A program made the position numbers and the translations under genes. From Caulobacteraceae bacterium (GTDB lineage Bacteria > Pseudomonadota > Alphaproteobacteria > Caulobacterales > Caulobacteraceae): a DNA stretch of 64,000 nucleotides. Location of the stretch: NCBI GenBank assembly GCA_027487945.1, contig JAIYCQ010000037.1, positions 3,347 to 67,346 on the forward strand. Reading direction: 5' to 3'. Below, piece after piece: positions 47,251-56,059 of the stretch. The notes below the pieces were generated by a model. It made no database searches. It was not told the origin of the DNA and saw only the letters and a list, made by a program, of their open reading frames with translations. Position 1 is the first letter of the stretch, and every line of letters starts with the position of its first letter.

Positions 47251-50200
47251 ATGTTCCGCAAGCGTCTGGTGGCCACCGCGGCCGCAACTCCGCTGCTGAT
47301 GTTCGCGTCCGGCGCTTTCGCCGAGACGACCATTACCGATACGCGGACCACCGGTGTCTCGACGGCGACCATCAACAACGGCGCGCCGGACGACATCCGG
47401 ATCACCTCGAGCGGCAAGGTCAAGCCGACGGTCGACGGCTCGGCCGGCAACGTCGCCGGCGCGGTGACGGTGAACAGCAACCACGACGTCATCAACGAAG
47501 GCGAGATCAGCGCCGAGGACGTCGACTACCTTGCCGGCATCAAGGTCAATGCCGGCACGGTCGGCGACGTGACGAACAAGTCGTCGATCACCCTGTCTTC
47601 CAGCCTTGAGCAGAAAGACACCGACAGCGACGGCAACCTGGACGGCGAGTTCGCTGACGGGACCAACAAGTTCGGCATCCTCGTGCAGGGTGCGATGACC
47701 GGCAGCATCGTCAATGACAGCTCGGGGTCGATCGCCATCGAGGGCAACGACTCCGCCGGCATCATGGTGATGGGCCCGCTGACCGGTTCGTTCACCAACC
47801 GCGGCACGGTGAGCGTCACCGGCGACAACGCGCGCGGCATCGTTCTGGCCGCCCCGGTCACCGGCAACGTGTCGATCAGCGGAACGGTCAACACGCTCGG
47901 CGAGAACGCGCTGGCCGTCCAGACAGACGATATCGCCGGCCGCCTGACGATCCAGGGCTCGATCACCTCGCGCGGGTTCCGCTATGCGAGCCGGCCGTCC
48001 CTGGCGACGGATCGCGCCAACCTCGATGCCGATGACATGCTGCTGGGCAACTCCGCCGTTGTGGTGGCCGGCAGCGTCGGCGGCGGCATCCTGCTCGACG
48101 TGGCCCCGATCGCCGGCCTCGACTACGACGGCGACGGCATCCTCAACAGCACCGACACCGACGACGACAACGACGGCATCCTCGACACGTCCGATTCCGA
48201 CCTGGACAACGACGGTCTGACCGACAGCGTCGAGGGCTCCGCCAGCATCTCGGTGGGCGGTTCGGCGCCGGCCTTGCTCATCGGCTCGGCCACCGACTCG
48301 ATCACCATCGGCGAGGTCGCCGCGACCGGCGACAACGCCTATGGCCTGGTGGTCCGCGGCTCCGTCAGCGCCAACGGGCTGCTCGACGGCTTCAGCGCGA
48401 CCGGCATCAAGATCGGCGCCGGCGGCGGCCAGACCACGACGCTCGAGAACGGCATGAACCTGATCGGTCAGGTCACGGTGATCTCCTACAATGCGGGCAG
48501 CCAGGCCGTGCACCTGAGTGCGGGCGCGGTGGCTGACGAGATCAAGGTCGACGGCAGCCTGTTCGCCAGCGTCACCGCGAACTCCGCCACCGGCGCGGCC
48601 GAGGGCGCCTTTACCGCCTACGGCGTCCGCATCGACAGCAATGCGTCCAGCGGCACGGTGAAGAACAGCGGCACGATCGCGGTGGTCGCCAACGGCGAGA
48701 ACAGCAGCGCGATCGCCATCTCCGATGCGGCCGGGAACCTGACCTCGATCACCAACAGCGGCGTGATCCGCGCTCTCGTCCTGCCGACAGACGACAATTC
48801 CGACGAAGACGACGATGACGCCGATGCCGACAACGAAGTCGGCACCGGCCAGGCGATCGCGATCGATGTGCGCAACGCCAAGGCCGGGGTGACCGTCACC
48901 CAGCTCGGCGTCAACGATGGTGACGACGACCTCGACTCCACCACCACCGATCCCGACGAGGACGGCGACGGCGTCGATGACGCCGACGAGCCCTCGATGG
49001 TCGGTGACATCTACTTCGGCGACTTCAACGACACCCTCCGCCTGCAGAACGGCCAGTTCGTCGGCGATATCGCGTTCGGTGACGGCGCCGACACCTTCAG
49101 CCTCAGCGGCGGCGCGACGGCGCTGGGCGGTCTGACCGACAGCGACGGCCAGCTGACCGTCAACGTCACCGCCGGCGACCTGCTGATCACCAATGCCCAG
49201 GTCATCGACGCGACGGCCCTGACCATCGGCGGGACGAGCTCGGTGGTGTTCACCGCCGATCCGAACGCCGGCGCCAACACCGCCTTCGAGGTCGCCACGG
49301 CCACGATCGCCAGCGGCGCCAAGCTCGGCATCGTGCTCACCGACCTGATCAACGCCCCCGCGACCTACACGGTTATCCGCACCGACACGCCGGGCGGCCT
49401 GACCGTGGGCGCTCTGGACCAGAGCCTGGTGGGCAATTCGCCCTACCTGTTCGTCGCCCAGGCCTCCGCCGACCTCGCCGCCGGCGAGGTGAACATCGAC
49501 GTCCGCCGCCGGACCGCGACGGAGATGGAGCTCAGCCAGAACCAGACCCTGGCGCTGGACGCCGTCTACGCCGCGCTGGGCTCGGATGAAGAGATCCGCG
49601 ACTCCTTCCTGACCGCCCAGTCGCGCGCGGAATTCCTCGACCGCTTCGACCAGATGCTGCCCGACCAGGGCGAGGGTCTGTTCTCGTCGATCGACTCGAT
49701 GACGCGAACGATCTCGCGCCTGACCGCGACCCGGCCCGACCTGCGCCAGCGGTACGGCCCCGACAGCTTCTGGATCCAGGAGGTCAACGTCCAGGTCATG
49801 CGCGACGCCGGCGTGACCGCGGGCTCCGAGACCAAGGCCTTCGGCTTCGTCGGCGGCTACGAGAGCATGGGCGCCGACGGCGGCGCGCTGGGGGCGACGC
49901 TCGCCTTCGTTACGGCCGAGGAGAAGGACGAGGTCGCCAAGATCGGCGAGGAGACCAGTGTCTCCCTGCTCGAAGCCGGCATCTACTGGCGCCGGTCGAT
50001 CGGCAAGTTCACCATCAACGCCCGCGGCTCGGCCGGCTACGGCTGGTTCACCGGTGATCGCGTCTTCATCGACCCGACCAACGCCCTCATCGTCGAGGCC
50101 ACCTCGGACTGGACGGGCTTCTCCGGCGTGCTGAGCGCGTCGGGCGCCTATGAGCTGACGGCGGGACGCTTCTACGCCCGCCCGGCGCTGAGCGTCGACT

Positions 50201-50589
50201 ACCTCTACCTGTCCGAGGAGTCTCGGGCCGAGAGCGGCCTGAGCGGCGGCTTCAACCAGGAGGTCGAGTCCCGCACCAGCGACCGCCTGTCGACGACGGC
50301 GGAACTGGCCCTCGGCGCGACGTTCGGTCGCGATCTGTGGTGGCGTCCGGAACTGCGCGTCGGCTATCGCCAGAACCTGTCGGGCGCCATGGGCGACACC
50401 GTGTTCCGCTTCGTCGGCGGACAGTGGGTCGCGCTTCCGGCGACGGAGGCCGGTGACGGCGCGATGCTCGTCGGCCTGTCGCTGCGGGCCGGAACCCCTA
50501 TGTCCTATGTGGCGATCGAGGGTGAGTATGAGGCCGTCGATGGCGAGGATCGCTACAACCTGCAACTCTCCGGACGGATGATGTTCTAG
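47251..50589 (+). CDS. Autotransporter: large beta-helical passenger with TSP3-like Ca-binding repeats plus a C-terminal beta-barrel
   Basis: Signal peptide MFRKRLVATAAATPLLMFASGAFA, a Gly/Thr/Ser/Asn-rich repetitive passenger, DxDxDGxxD repeats at 48121-48237, and an autotransporter-type beta-domain ending ...LQLSGRMMF. Confidence 0.85.
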   Translation: MFRKRLVATAAATPLLMFASGAFAETTITDTRTTGVSTATINNGAPDDIRITSSGKVKPTVDGSAGNVAGAVTVNSNHDVINEGEISAEDVDYLAGIKVNAGTVGDVTNKSSITLSSSLEQKDTDSDGNLDGEFADGTNKFGILVQGAMTGSIVNDSSGSIAIEGNDSAGIMVMGPLTGSFTNRGTVSVTGDNARGIVLAAPVTGNVSISGTVNTLGENALAVQTDDIAGRLTIQGSITSRGFRYASRPSLATDRANLDADDMLLGNSAVVVAGSVGGGILLDVAPIAGLDYDGDGILNSTDTDDDNDGILDTSDSDLDNDGLTDSVEGSASISVGGSAPALLIGSATDSITIGEVAATGDNAYGLVVRGSVSANGLLDGFSATGIKIGAGGGQTTTLENGMNLIGQVTVISYNAGSQAVHLSAGAVADEIKVDGSLFASVTANSATGAAEGAFTAYGVRIDSNASSGTVKNSGTIAVVANGENSSAIAISDAAGNLTSITNSGVIRALVLPTDDNSDEDDDDADADNEVGTGQAIAIDVRNAKAGVTVTQLGVNDGDDDLDSTTTDPDEDGDGVDDADEPSMVGDIYFGDFNDTLRLQNGQFVGDIAFGDGADTFSLSGGATALGGLTDSDGQLTVNVTAGDLLITNAQVIDATALTIGGTSSVVFTADPNAGANTAFEVATATIASGAKLGIVLTDLINAPATYTVIRTDTPGGLTVGALDQSLVGNSPYLFVAQASADLAAGEVNIDVRRRTATEMELSQNQTLALDAVYAALGSDEEIRDSFLTAQSRAEFLDRFDQMLPDQGEGLFSSIDSMTRTISRLTATRPDLRQRYGPDSFWIQEVNVQVMRDAGVTAGSETKAFGFVGGYESMGADGGALGATLAFVTAEEKDEVAKIGEETSVSLLEAGIYWRRSIGKFTINARGSAGYGWFTGDRVFIDPTNALIVEATSDWTGFSGVLSASGAYELTAGRFYARPALSVDYLYLSEESRAESGLSGGFNQEVESRTSDRLSTTAELALGATFGRDLWWRPELRVGYRQNLSGAMGDTVFRFVGGQWVALPATEAGDGAMLVGLSLRAGTPMSYVAIEGEYEAVDGEDRYNLQLSGRMMF

Positions 50590-50622
50590 GCCGGCCAGAA
50601 GAAGAGTCATCGACAAGACCGA

Positions 50623-50663
50623 GAGGCGCGATCACCGGACGGTGGTCGCGCCTCTTCTGCTTT
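50623..50663 (+). terminator. Rho-independent terminator after the autotransporter
   Basis: Stem GAGGCGCGATCACC / GGTGGTCGCGCCTC with loop GGAC, followed by TTCTGCTTT. Confidence 0.75.
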
Positions 50664-50835
50664 GGGCGGCCGGGCCCGCGACAAGCTGTCCTCGCATCGA
50701 AGAATGTTAACCAGTTGGCCCGCAATGGCTCGGAAAGACTGCTGCCTGTTGCCGGGCCTTGTCTCCGATACCGGCTCCCGCAGTTGACAAAATCATTCCG
50801 CGAGCCGGGGCGCTCGCGGTTCCCAGAGGATTGCG

Positions 50836-52389
50836 ATGAACGCTCACCCTGCACGACTCCGCACCGCGCTCCTCGCGGGCGCAGCGCTCGCTGCCGTCAG
50901 TGGGGGCTTCGCCGAGGCGCGGGAGTCCAACGAAGAGCGGATCGCCCGTCTTGAGGCCGCCCTCACGGCCCTGCAGGGTGAACTGCGCGACCTGAAGGCC
51001 GCGACAGCCGTGTCCACCACCGCCCGGGCCGAGGCTGCGCCCGCTCCGGCCGCGCCGCCGGCGCCGCCGGCGCCGGCTTCGGCGACCGTCACCCTGAAGA
51101 ACGGCAGGCCGACCCTGACCTCCGCCGATGGGCAGTTCACCGCCAGCCTGCGCGGCATCTTCGAGCTCGACGGCGCCATCTACGACCAGGACGATGCCGG
51201 GCCCCTGGCCACGGACTTCCGCCGCGGCTCGTTCGGCGACGCGGTCGAGAATGACCGGGCCCGTGACATGGCCGACGGGTTCAATTTCCGCCGCATCCGC
51301 TTTGGCATCGAAGGCAAGGCGTTCGGCGATTTCCAGTACAGCTTCGTCTATGACTTCGGCGGCTCGGCCAACGAGGAAGGCGGCAAGGTCAACGCCGCCT
51401 GGGTGCAGTACAACGGTCTCGGCTTCGCGCGACTGCGGGTCGGCGCCTTCCCGACTCCTACCGGGCTTGAAGACGGAGGGTCCTACACCACCATGCTGTT
51501 TGCCGAGCGTCCGGCGGCGGCCGAGCTCGTTCGGGGTCTCGCCGGCGCGGATGCCCGTGTCGGCGCGGCCGTCTATTCAGGGGGTGAACGCTGGACCCTG
51601 AGCGGCACGTTGACCGGAAACATCGCCGGCGTGCAGACCTACGATGAACAGCTGGGCTTCGTCGGCCGCGCCACCTTTATCCCGTACAAGCAGGATGACA
51701 CCCTCATCCACCTTGGCCTTGCGGCCAACATCATCATCGACCCCGCGGCGACCGGTCCCGACGTTCCCGGCGGTTCCCCCACGCCGATCCGGCTGCGCGA
51801 GCGTCCGGAACTCCGGGTCGACAGCGCCCGTCTCGTGGACACGGGCAGCATCGACGCCGATGGGGTTACCGCCCTGGGTCTGGAATTCGGCGTGCAGCAC
51901 GGCAGCCTCTACCTGCAGGCAGAGTACTTCGACATCGCGGTCGAGCGTCGGGCAAGCACGCTCCCGGACCCTGACTTCTCGGGGTGGTATGTCGAAGGGA
52001 GCTGGTTGCTCACCGGAGAACGCCGCGTCTACAACGCCGCGACCGCAGGCTTCGACGGGCCCAAGGTCGCCAAGGCCTTCAGCGCCAAGGACGGGAACTG
52101 GGGCGCCTGGGAGCTGGGTTTCCGCTATTCGATCCTCGATCTGAACTATCGTGAGAACGATCTGCCGGCCCTGGGCTCGATCCGCGGCGGAGAGCAGACG
52201 ATCCTGTCGGTGGGGCTGAACTGGTATCTCAACCCGGCCGTCTCGATGCAGTTTGCCTACAGCGATGTGTCGGTCGACCGCACCTCGCCGGGCGGCACGG
52301 CGTTCGGAGCCGGGGTCACCCCGGCCCTCGGCACCCAGGTCGGCCAGGACCTGAACATCTACTCCATTCGGACCCAGTACGCCTTCTAG
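50836..52389 (+). CDS. Phosphate-selective porin O/P (OprO/OprP) family porin
   Basis: Signal peptide, N-terminal coiled-coil (RIARLEAALTALQGELRDLK) and a Pro/Ala linker. The barrel carries family-typical FNFRRIRFGIEG and ends ...IRTQYAF. Confidence 0.8.
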   Translation: MNAHPARLRTALLAGAALAAVSGGFAEARESNEERIARLEAALTALQGELRDLKAATAVSTTARAEAAPAPAAPPAPPAPASATVTLKNGRPTLTSADGQFTASLRGIFELDGAIYDQDDAGPLATDFRRGSFGDAVENDRARDMADGFNFRRIRFGIEGKAFGDFQYSFVYDFGGSANEEGGKVNAAWVQYNGLGFARLRVGAFPTPTGLEDGGSYTTMLFAERPAAAELVRGLAGADARVGAAVYSGGERWTLSGTLTGNIAGVQTYDEQLGFVGRATFIPYKQDDTLIHLGLAANIIIDPAATGPDVPGGSPTPIRLRERPELRVDSARLVDTGSIDADGVTALGLEFGVQHGSLYLQAEYFDIAVERRASTLPDPDFSGWYVEGSWLLTGERRVYNAATAGFDGPKVAKAFSAKDGNWGAWELGFRYSILDLNYRENDLPALGSIRGGEQTILSVGLNWYLNPAVSMQFAYSDVSVDRTSPGGTAFGAGVTPALGTQVGQDLNIYSIRTQYAF

Positions 52390-52517
52390 GGCGAACGCGG
52401 GGCCAGCGCGGTCTGCCGGGCGCTGAACGCGGTGACCCTGGCCCTGGGGCGGCGGTTCAGGGACGCTTAACCACGTCCTCTAACGCCGCCTCAATCGCGG
52501 TCGTGCAGGGTGGTGGC

Positions 52518-53306
52518 ATGACCGCACTTGCCCACGCCATCGCCACGACCCGCGTCCGCCTGCTGGGCGGCGTCGTCGATCCCATCACCCCCGGTGAGAT
52601 GCTGGCCGCCACGGAGGCCTTCGTGGCCGGCGGCGGGACGGCGGTCATCGCCAACCACAATTCCCACAGCCTGTTCCTGCTGCGGCGCACGCCGGCCCTG
52701 CGGAGCTTCTTCGACGACGCCGACCTGGTGCAGATCGACAGCAAACCCATGATCCTGTGGGCCAGGCTCATGGGCCTGCCGGTGGGCGGGGAGCACCGCT
52801 CGACCTACCTCGACTGGCGCGACGACTTCTGGGCGACGGTGCGCGACCGCGGCTGGCGCGTCTTCCACGTCGGCGGCGCTCCGGGCGTCGGTGAGCGGGC
52901 GGCGGCCGAGATCCGCAAGGCCTTTCCGGGCGTGAACCTGGCTGAACACTGCGGCTACTTCGACGTCGATCCGGCCAGCGCCGAGAGCGTCGCCCTGCGC
53001 CGCGATATCGCCGCCTTCGATCCGGACATCATCCTGGTCGGCATGGGCATGCCGCGTCAGGAGCAGTGGATTGCGGCCAACCGCGACCTGATCGGCCGCG
53101 GTGTCTTCTTCCCGGTCGGGGCGGCCTTCGACTACGAGGCAGGCGTCCAGAACGCGGCCCCGCGCTGGACCGGCAAGGTCGGGCTGGAATGGCTGTTCCG
53201 CCTGCTGTCGCAGCCGCGCCGCCTGGCCTTCCGCTATCTGGTTGAGCCATGGTTCCTGGCGCCGGCGGCGTTCGCCGACATCGGCGCGCGGCTGGCCCGG
53301 CGGTAG
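52518..53306 (+). CDS. WecB/TagA/CpsF (GT26) family glycosyltransferase
   Basis: Family motifs ...VQIDSKPM..., FHVGGAPGV, ILVGMGMPRQEQW and FRLLSQPRR. Confidence 0.82.
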   Translation: MTALAHAIATTRVRLLGGVVDPITPGEMLAATEAFVAGGGTAVIANHNSHSLFLLRRTPALRSFFDDADLVQIDSKPMILWARLMGLPVGGEHRSTYLDWRDDFWATVRDRGWRVFHVGGAPGVGERAAAEIRKAFPGVNLAEHCGYFDVDPASAESVALRRDIAAFDPDIILVGMGMPRQEQWIAANRDLIGRGVFFPVGAAFDYEAGVQNAAPRWTGKVGLEWLFRLLSQPRRLAFRYLVEPWFLAPAAFADIGARLARR

Positions 53307-53310
53307 GCCT

Positions 53311-53346
53311 GGGGACAGCTACCGTCTATCGACGGAAGCAGTCCCC
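53311..53346. terminator. Bidirectional hairpin between the convergent GT26 and ABC-2 permease genes
   Basis: GGGGACAGCTACCGTC-TATC-GACGGAAGCAGTCCCC forms 14 pairs with two A-A mismatches and is followed by ATTT. Confidence 0.55.
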
Positions 53347-53353
53347 ATTTCAT

Positions 53354-54111
53354 CTACGTCTTCAGCTTGTAGCCCGTCCGGAAGATCCACCAGATCGTCG
53401 CCATGCAAAGGCTCAGGAAGCCGGCCGTGGCCGCAAGACTGACTCCGATGTTGACGTCCGACACGCCGAAGAAGGCCCAGCGGAAGCCGCTGACCAGATA
53501 GACCACCGGGTTGAACAGGGTGATCTTCTGCCAGATCTCCGGCAGCATACTGATCGAATAGAAGCTCCCGCCGAGGAACGTCAGCGGCGTGACGATCAGG
53601 AGCGGCACGATCTGAAGCTTGTCGAATCCGTCCGCCCAGACCCCGATGATGAAGCCGAACAGGCTGAAGGTGATGGCGGTGAGCACCAGGAAGCCGGCCA
53701 TCCAGAACGGGTGCTGGATCTCGAACGGCACGAACAGCCGTGCGGTGATCAGGATGATGAGACCCAGCAGCACAGACTTGGTCGCCGCCGCCCCGACATA
53801 GCCCACCACCGTCTCGAAGGCCGAGACCGGCGCCGACAGCAGCTCGTAGATCGTCCCGGCCCACTTGGGCATGTAGATCCCGAACGAGGCGTTGGAGATG
53901 CTCTCGGTCAGCAGCGACAGCATGATCAGCCCGGGCACGATGAAGGCGCCATAGCTGACGCCGTCGATCGAGGCCATGCGCGACCCGATCGCCGAGCCGA
54001 AGACCACGAAGTACAGCGAGGTGGAGATGACCGGGGCCAGGATGCTCTGCATCATGGTGCGGAACCAGCGGGCCATTTCGAAGGTGTAGATGGCCCTGAC
54101 GGCGTGAATGT

Positions 54112-54115
<4 letters not shown>
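53354..54115 (-). CDS. ABC-2 type transporter permease (YadH-like)
   Basis: ORF of about 253 aa with 6 TM segments starting [20 protein letters not shown]. Its ATG overlaps the ATPase stop (ATGA). Confidence 0.8.
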
Positions 54116-55038
<923 letters not shown>

Positions 55039-55250
55039 GCTGTTCCCCGGATGACTGGCGCGGACGCCGGCGCCCCTGCCGGGAATCTGCCGCTTGCCGA
55101 TGTCGCACAGATGGGGAACGGAATGGGGCGAAACAAGGGCGTTCGCACGGCCAGGCCGATGTGCGAGACAGATTGTCGGCGGGGGCGGCCCCGGTTCGTC
55201 TTACCGACAGGGGGCGGACTCCCGCCCGACCGTCGCCAGAGGAGACCCCC

Positions 55251-55670
55251 ATGCGATTCATGCTGCTGATGATCCCCGCCGGTTACGAGACCGCCGGCCC
55301 CGAGCTCGACCTGCCGGTCGACCGGGTCGAGGCCATGATGGCCTACAATCAGGCGCTCCAGGACGCCGGCGTGCTCCAGGCGCTGGAGGGGCTCCATCCG
55401 CCGTCCACGGGCCGGCGTGTGACCTTCGCCACCGGAAAGCCGGTCGTCACCGACGGGCCATTCGCCGAGGCCAAGGAGGTTCTGGGCGGCTTCTGGATCA
55501 TCGACGTCGCGTCGCTGGACGAGGCCACCGACTGGGCCGCCCGCTGCCCGGCGGCGGAGAACGAGACCATCGAGGTCCGCCGCATCCAGGCCATGGAAGA
55601 CTTTGAACCGGAGGTCCAGGCCATCGCCGAAACCTTCGACGGCCCCGACTCCAGCGGCTGGACGCGGTGA
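55251..55670 (+). CDS. YciI/DGPF-domain family protein
   Basis: ORF of about 139 aa, MRFMLLMIPAGYE...DGPFAEAKEVLGGFWII, with a GGAGA RBS. Confidence 0.75.
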   Translation: MRFMLLMIPAGYETAGPELDLPVDRVEAMMAYNQALQDAGVLQALEGLHPPSTGRRVTFATGKPVVTDGPFAEAKEVLGGFWIIDVASLDEATDWAARCPAAENETIEVRRIQAMEDFEPEVQAIAETFDGPDSSGWTR

Positions 55671-55950
55671 GGGGCCGTGCGCTTCGGCCGGGCCCTGTCA
55701 CGGCAGACAGGGGTTGGGCCTGAAGGCCGGCGGCGGGTCATCCGCCGCCGGGCCCTGGCCTCCGGCGCCTCCACGCCCGGGCTCCGGTCACGGGCCCTGT
55801 CGGTCACTTCGGCTCCTGCCCGGCCGCGCGGACAGGCGCCGAGGCGTTCATCCACAATGAAGTGCGCAGCGCGGTGAAGCGGTTCCTTTAAAAACCCGTT
55901 CCGGGCATAATCTCGTGAACGACGATAAACCTTGAATACTTTAAGTTCCC

Positions 55951-55973
55951 AAGTCATTGGCCTCGAATGACTT
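55951..55973. promoter_or_regulatory. Inverted repeat AAGTCATT-N7-AATGACTT in the AT-rich tract upstream of the S8 peptidase gene
   Basis: Perfect 8-bp arms about 90-110 nt upstream of the S8 start, inside the most AT-rich stretch I noticed in the window. Confidence 0.35.
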
Positions 55974-56059
55974 AGATAAACGCACCTTTAACTGAGTTAT
56001 GGAACGAATTCAAAACTCTGTCGCTGTACCCAGCCCTTCTCAATGCAGGGATGGGTCAT

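Noticed and set aside
47050-50616. Very long antisense ORFs that mirror real genes. Examples are 1188 aa opposite the autotransporter, 907 aa at 28298-31021 opposite the MCP, 474 aa at 375-1799 opposite tldD, 576 aa at 9964-11694, and 633 aa at 21842-23743 opposite ggt.
   Set aside because: These are typical stop-codon-poor shadow frames of roughly 70% GC DNA. Their translations are Arg/Ala/Gly/Pro-rich low-complexity strings with no recognisable motifs, whereas the sense-strand products carry clear family signatures.
50664-50835. Possible Pho box or sigma-70 -35 element (TTGACAAAATCATTCC at about 50783, and CTGTCCTCGCATCG at about 50686) upstream of the OprO/P-type porin. I made a similar search in the phoR-autotransporter gap (47069-47250).
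   Set aside because: Only single half-site-like matches were found, with no second half-site at 11-bp spacing. These are not distinguishable from chance by eye.
55677-55877. 66-aa plus-strand ORF, and the overlapping 202-aa minus-strand ORF (55349-55957), in the yciI-S8 intergenic region.
   Set aside because: Both have low-complexity Arg/Pro/Gly/Ala-rich translations with no RBS. The minus-strand ORF is antisense to the well-supported yciI-like gene. The GC-rich part more plausibly carries the yciI terminator hairpin (GGCGGCGG-GTCAT-CCGCCGCC).
55897-55906. A 10-nt match (CGTTCCGGGC) to the 3' end of tRNA-Arg, located exactly at the start of the AT-rich tract. It raised the idea that 55.9-63.3 kb is a genomic island integrated at tRNA-Arg (63244-63320).
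   Set aside because: The match is in inverted rather than direct orientation relative to the tRNA, and a 10-mer match is within chance expectation for 2 x 64 kb. No integrase, excisionase or mobility gene is present, and the two-component genes look compositionally native. Only the S8 gene and its upstream tract look atypical.
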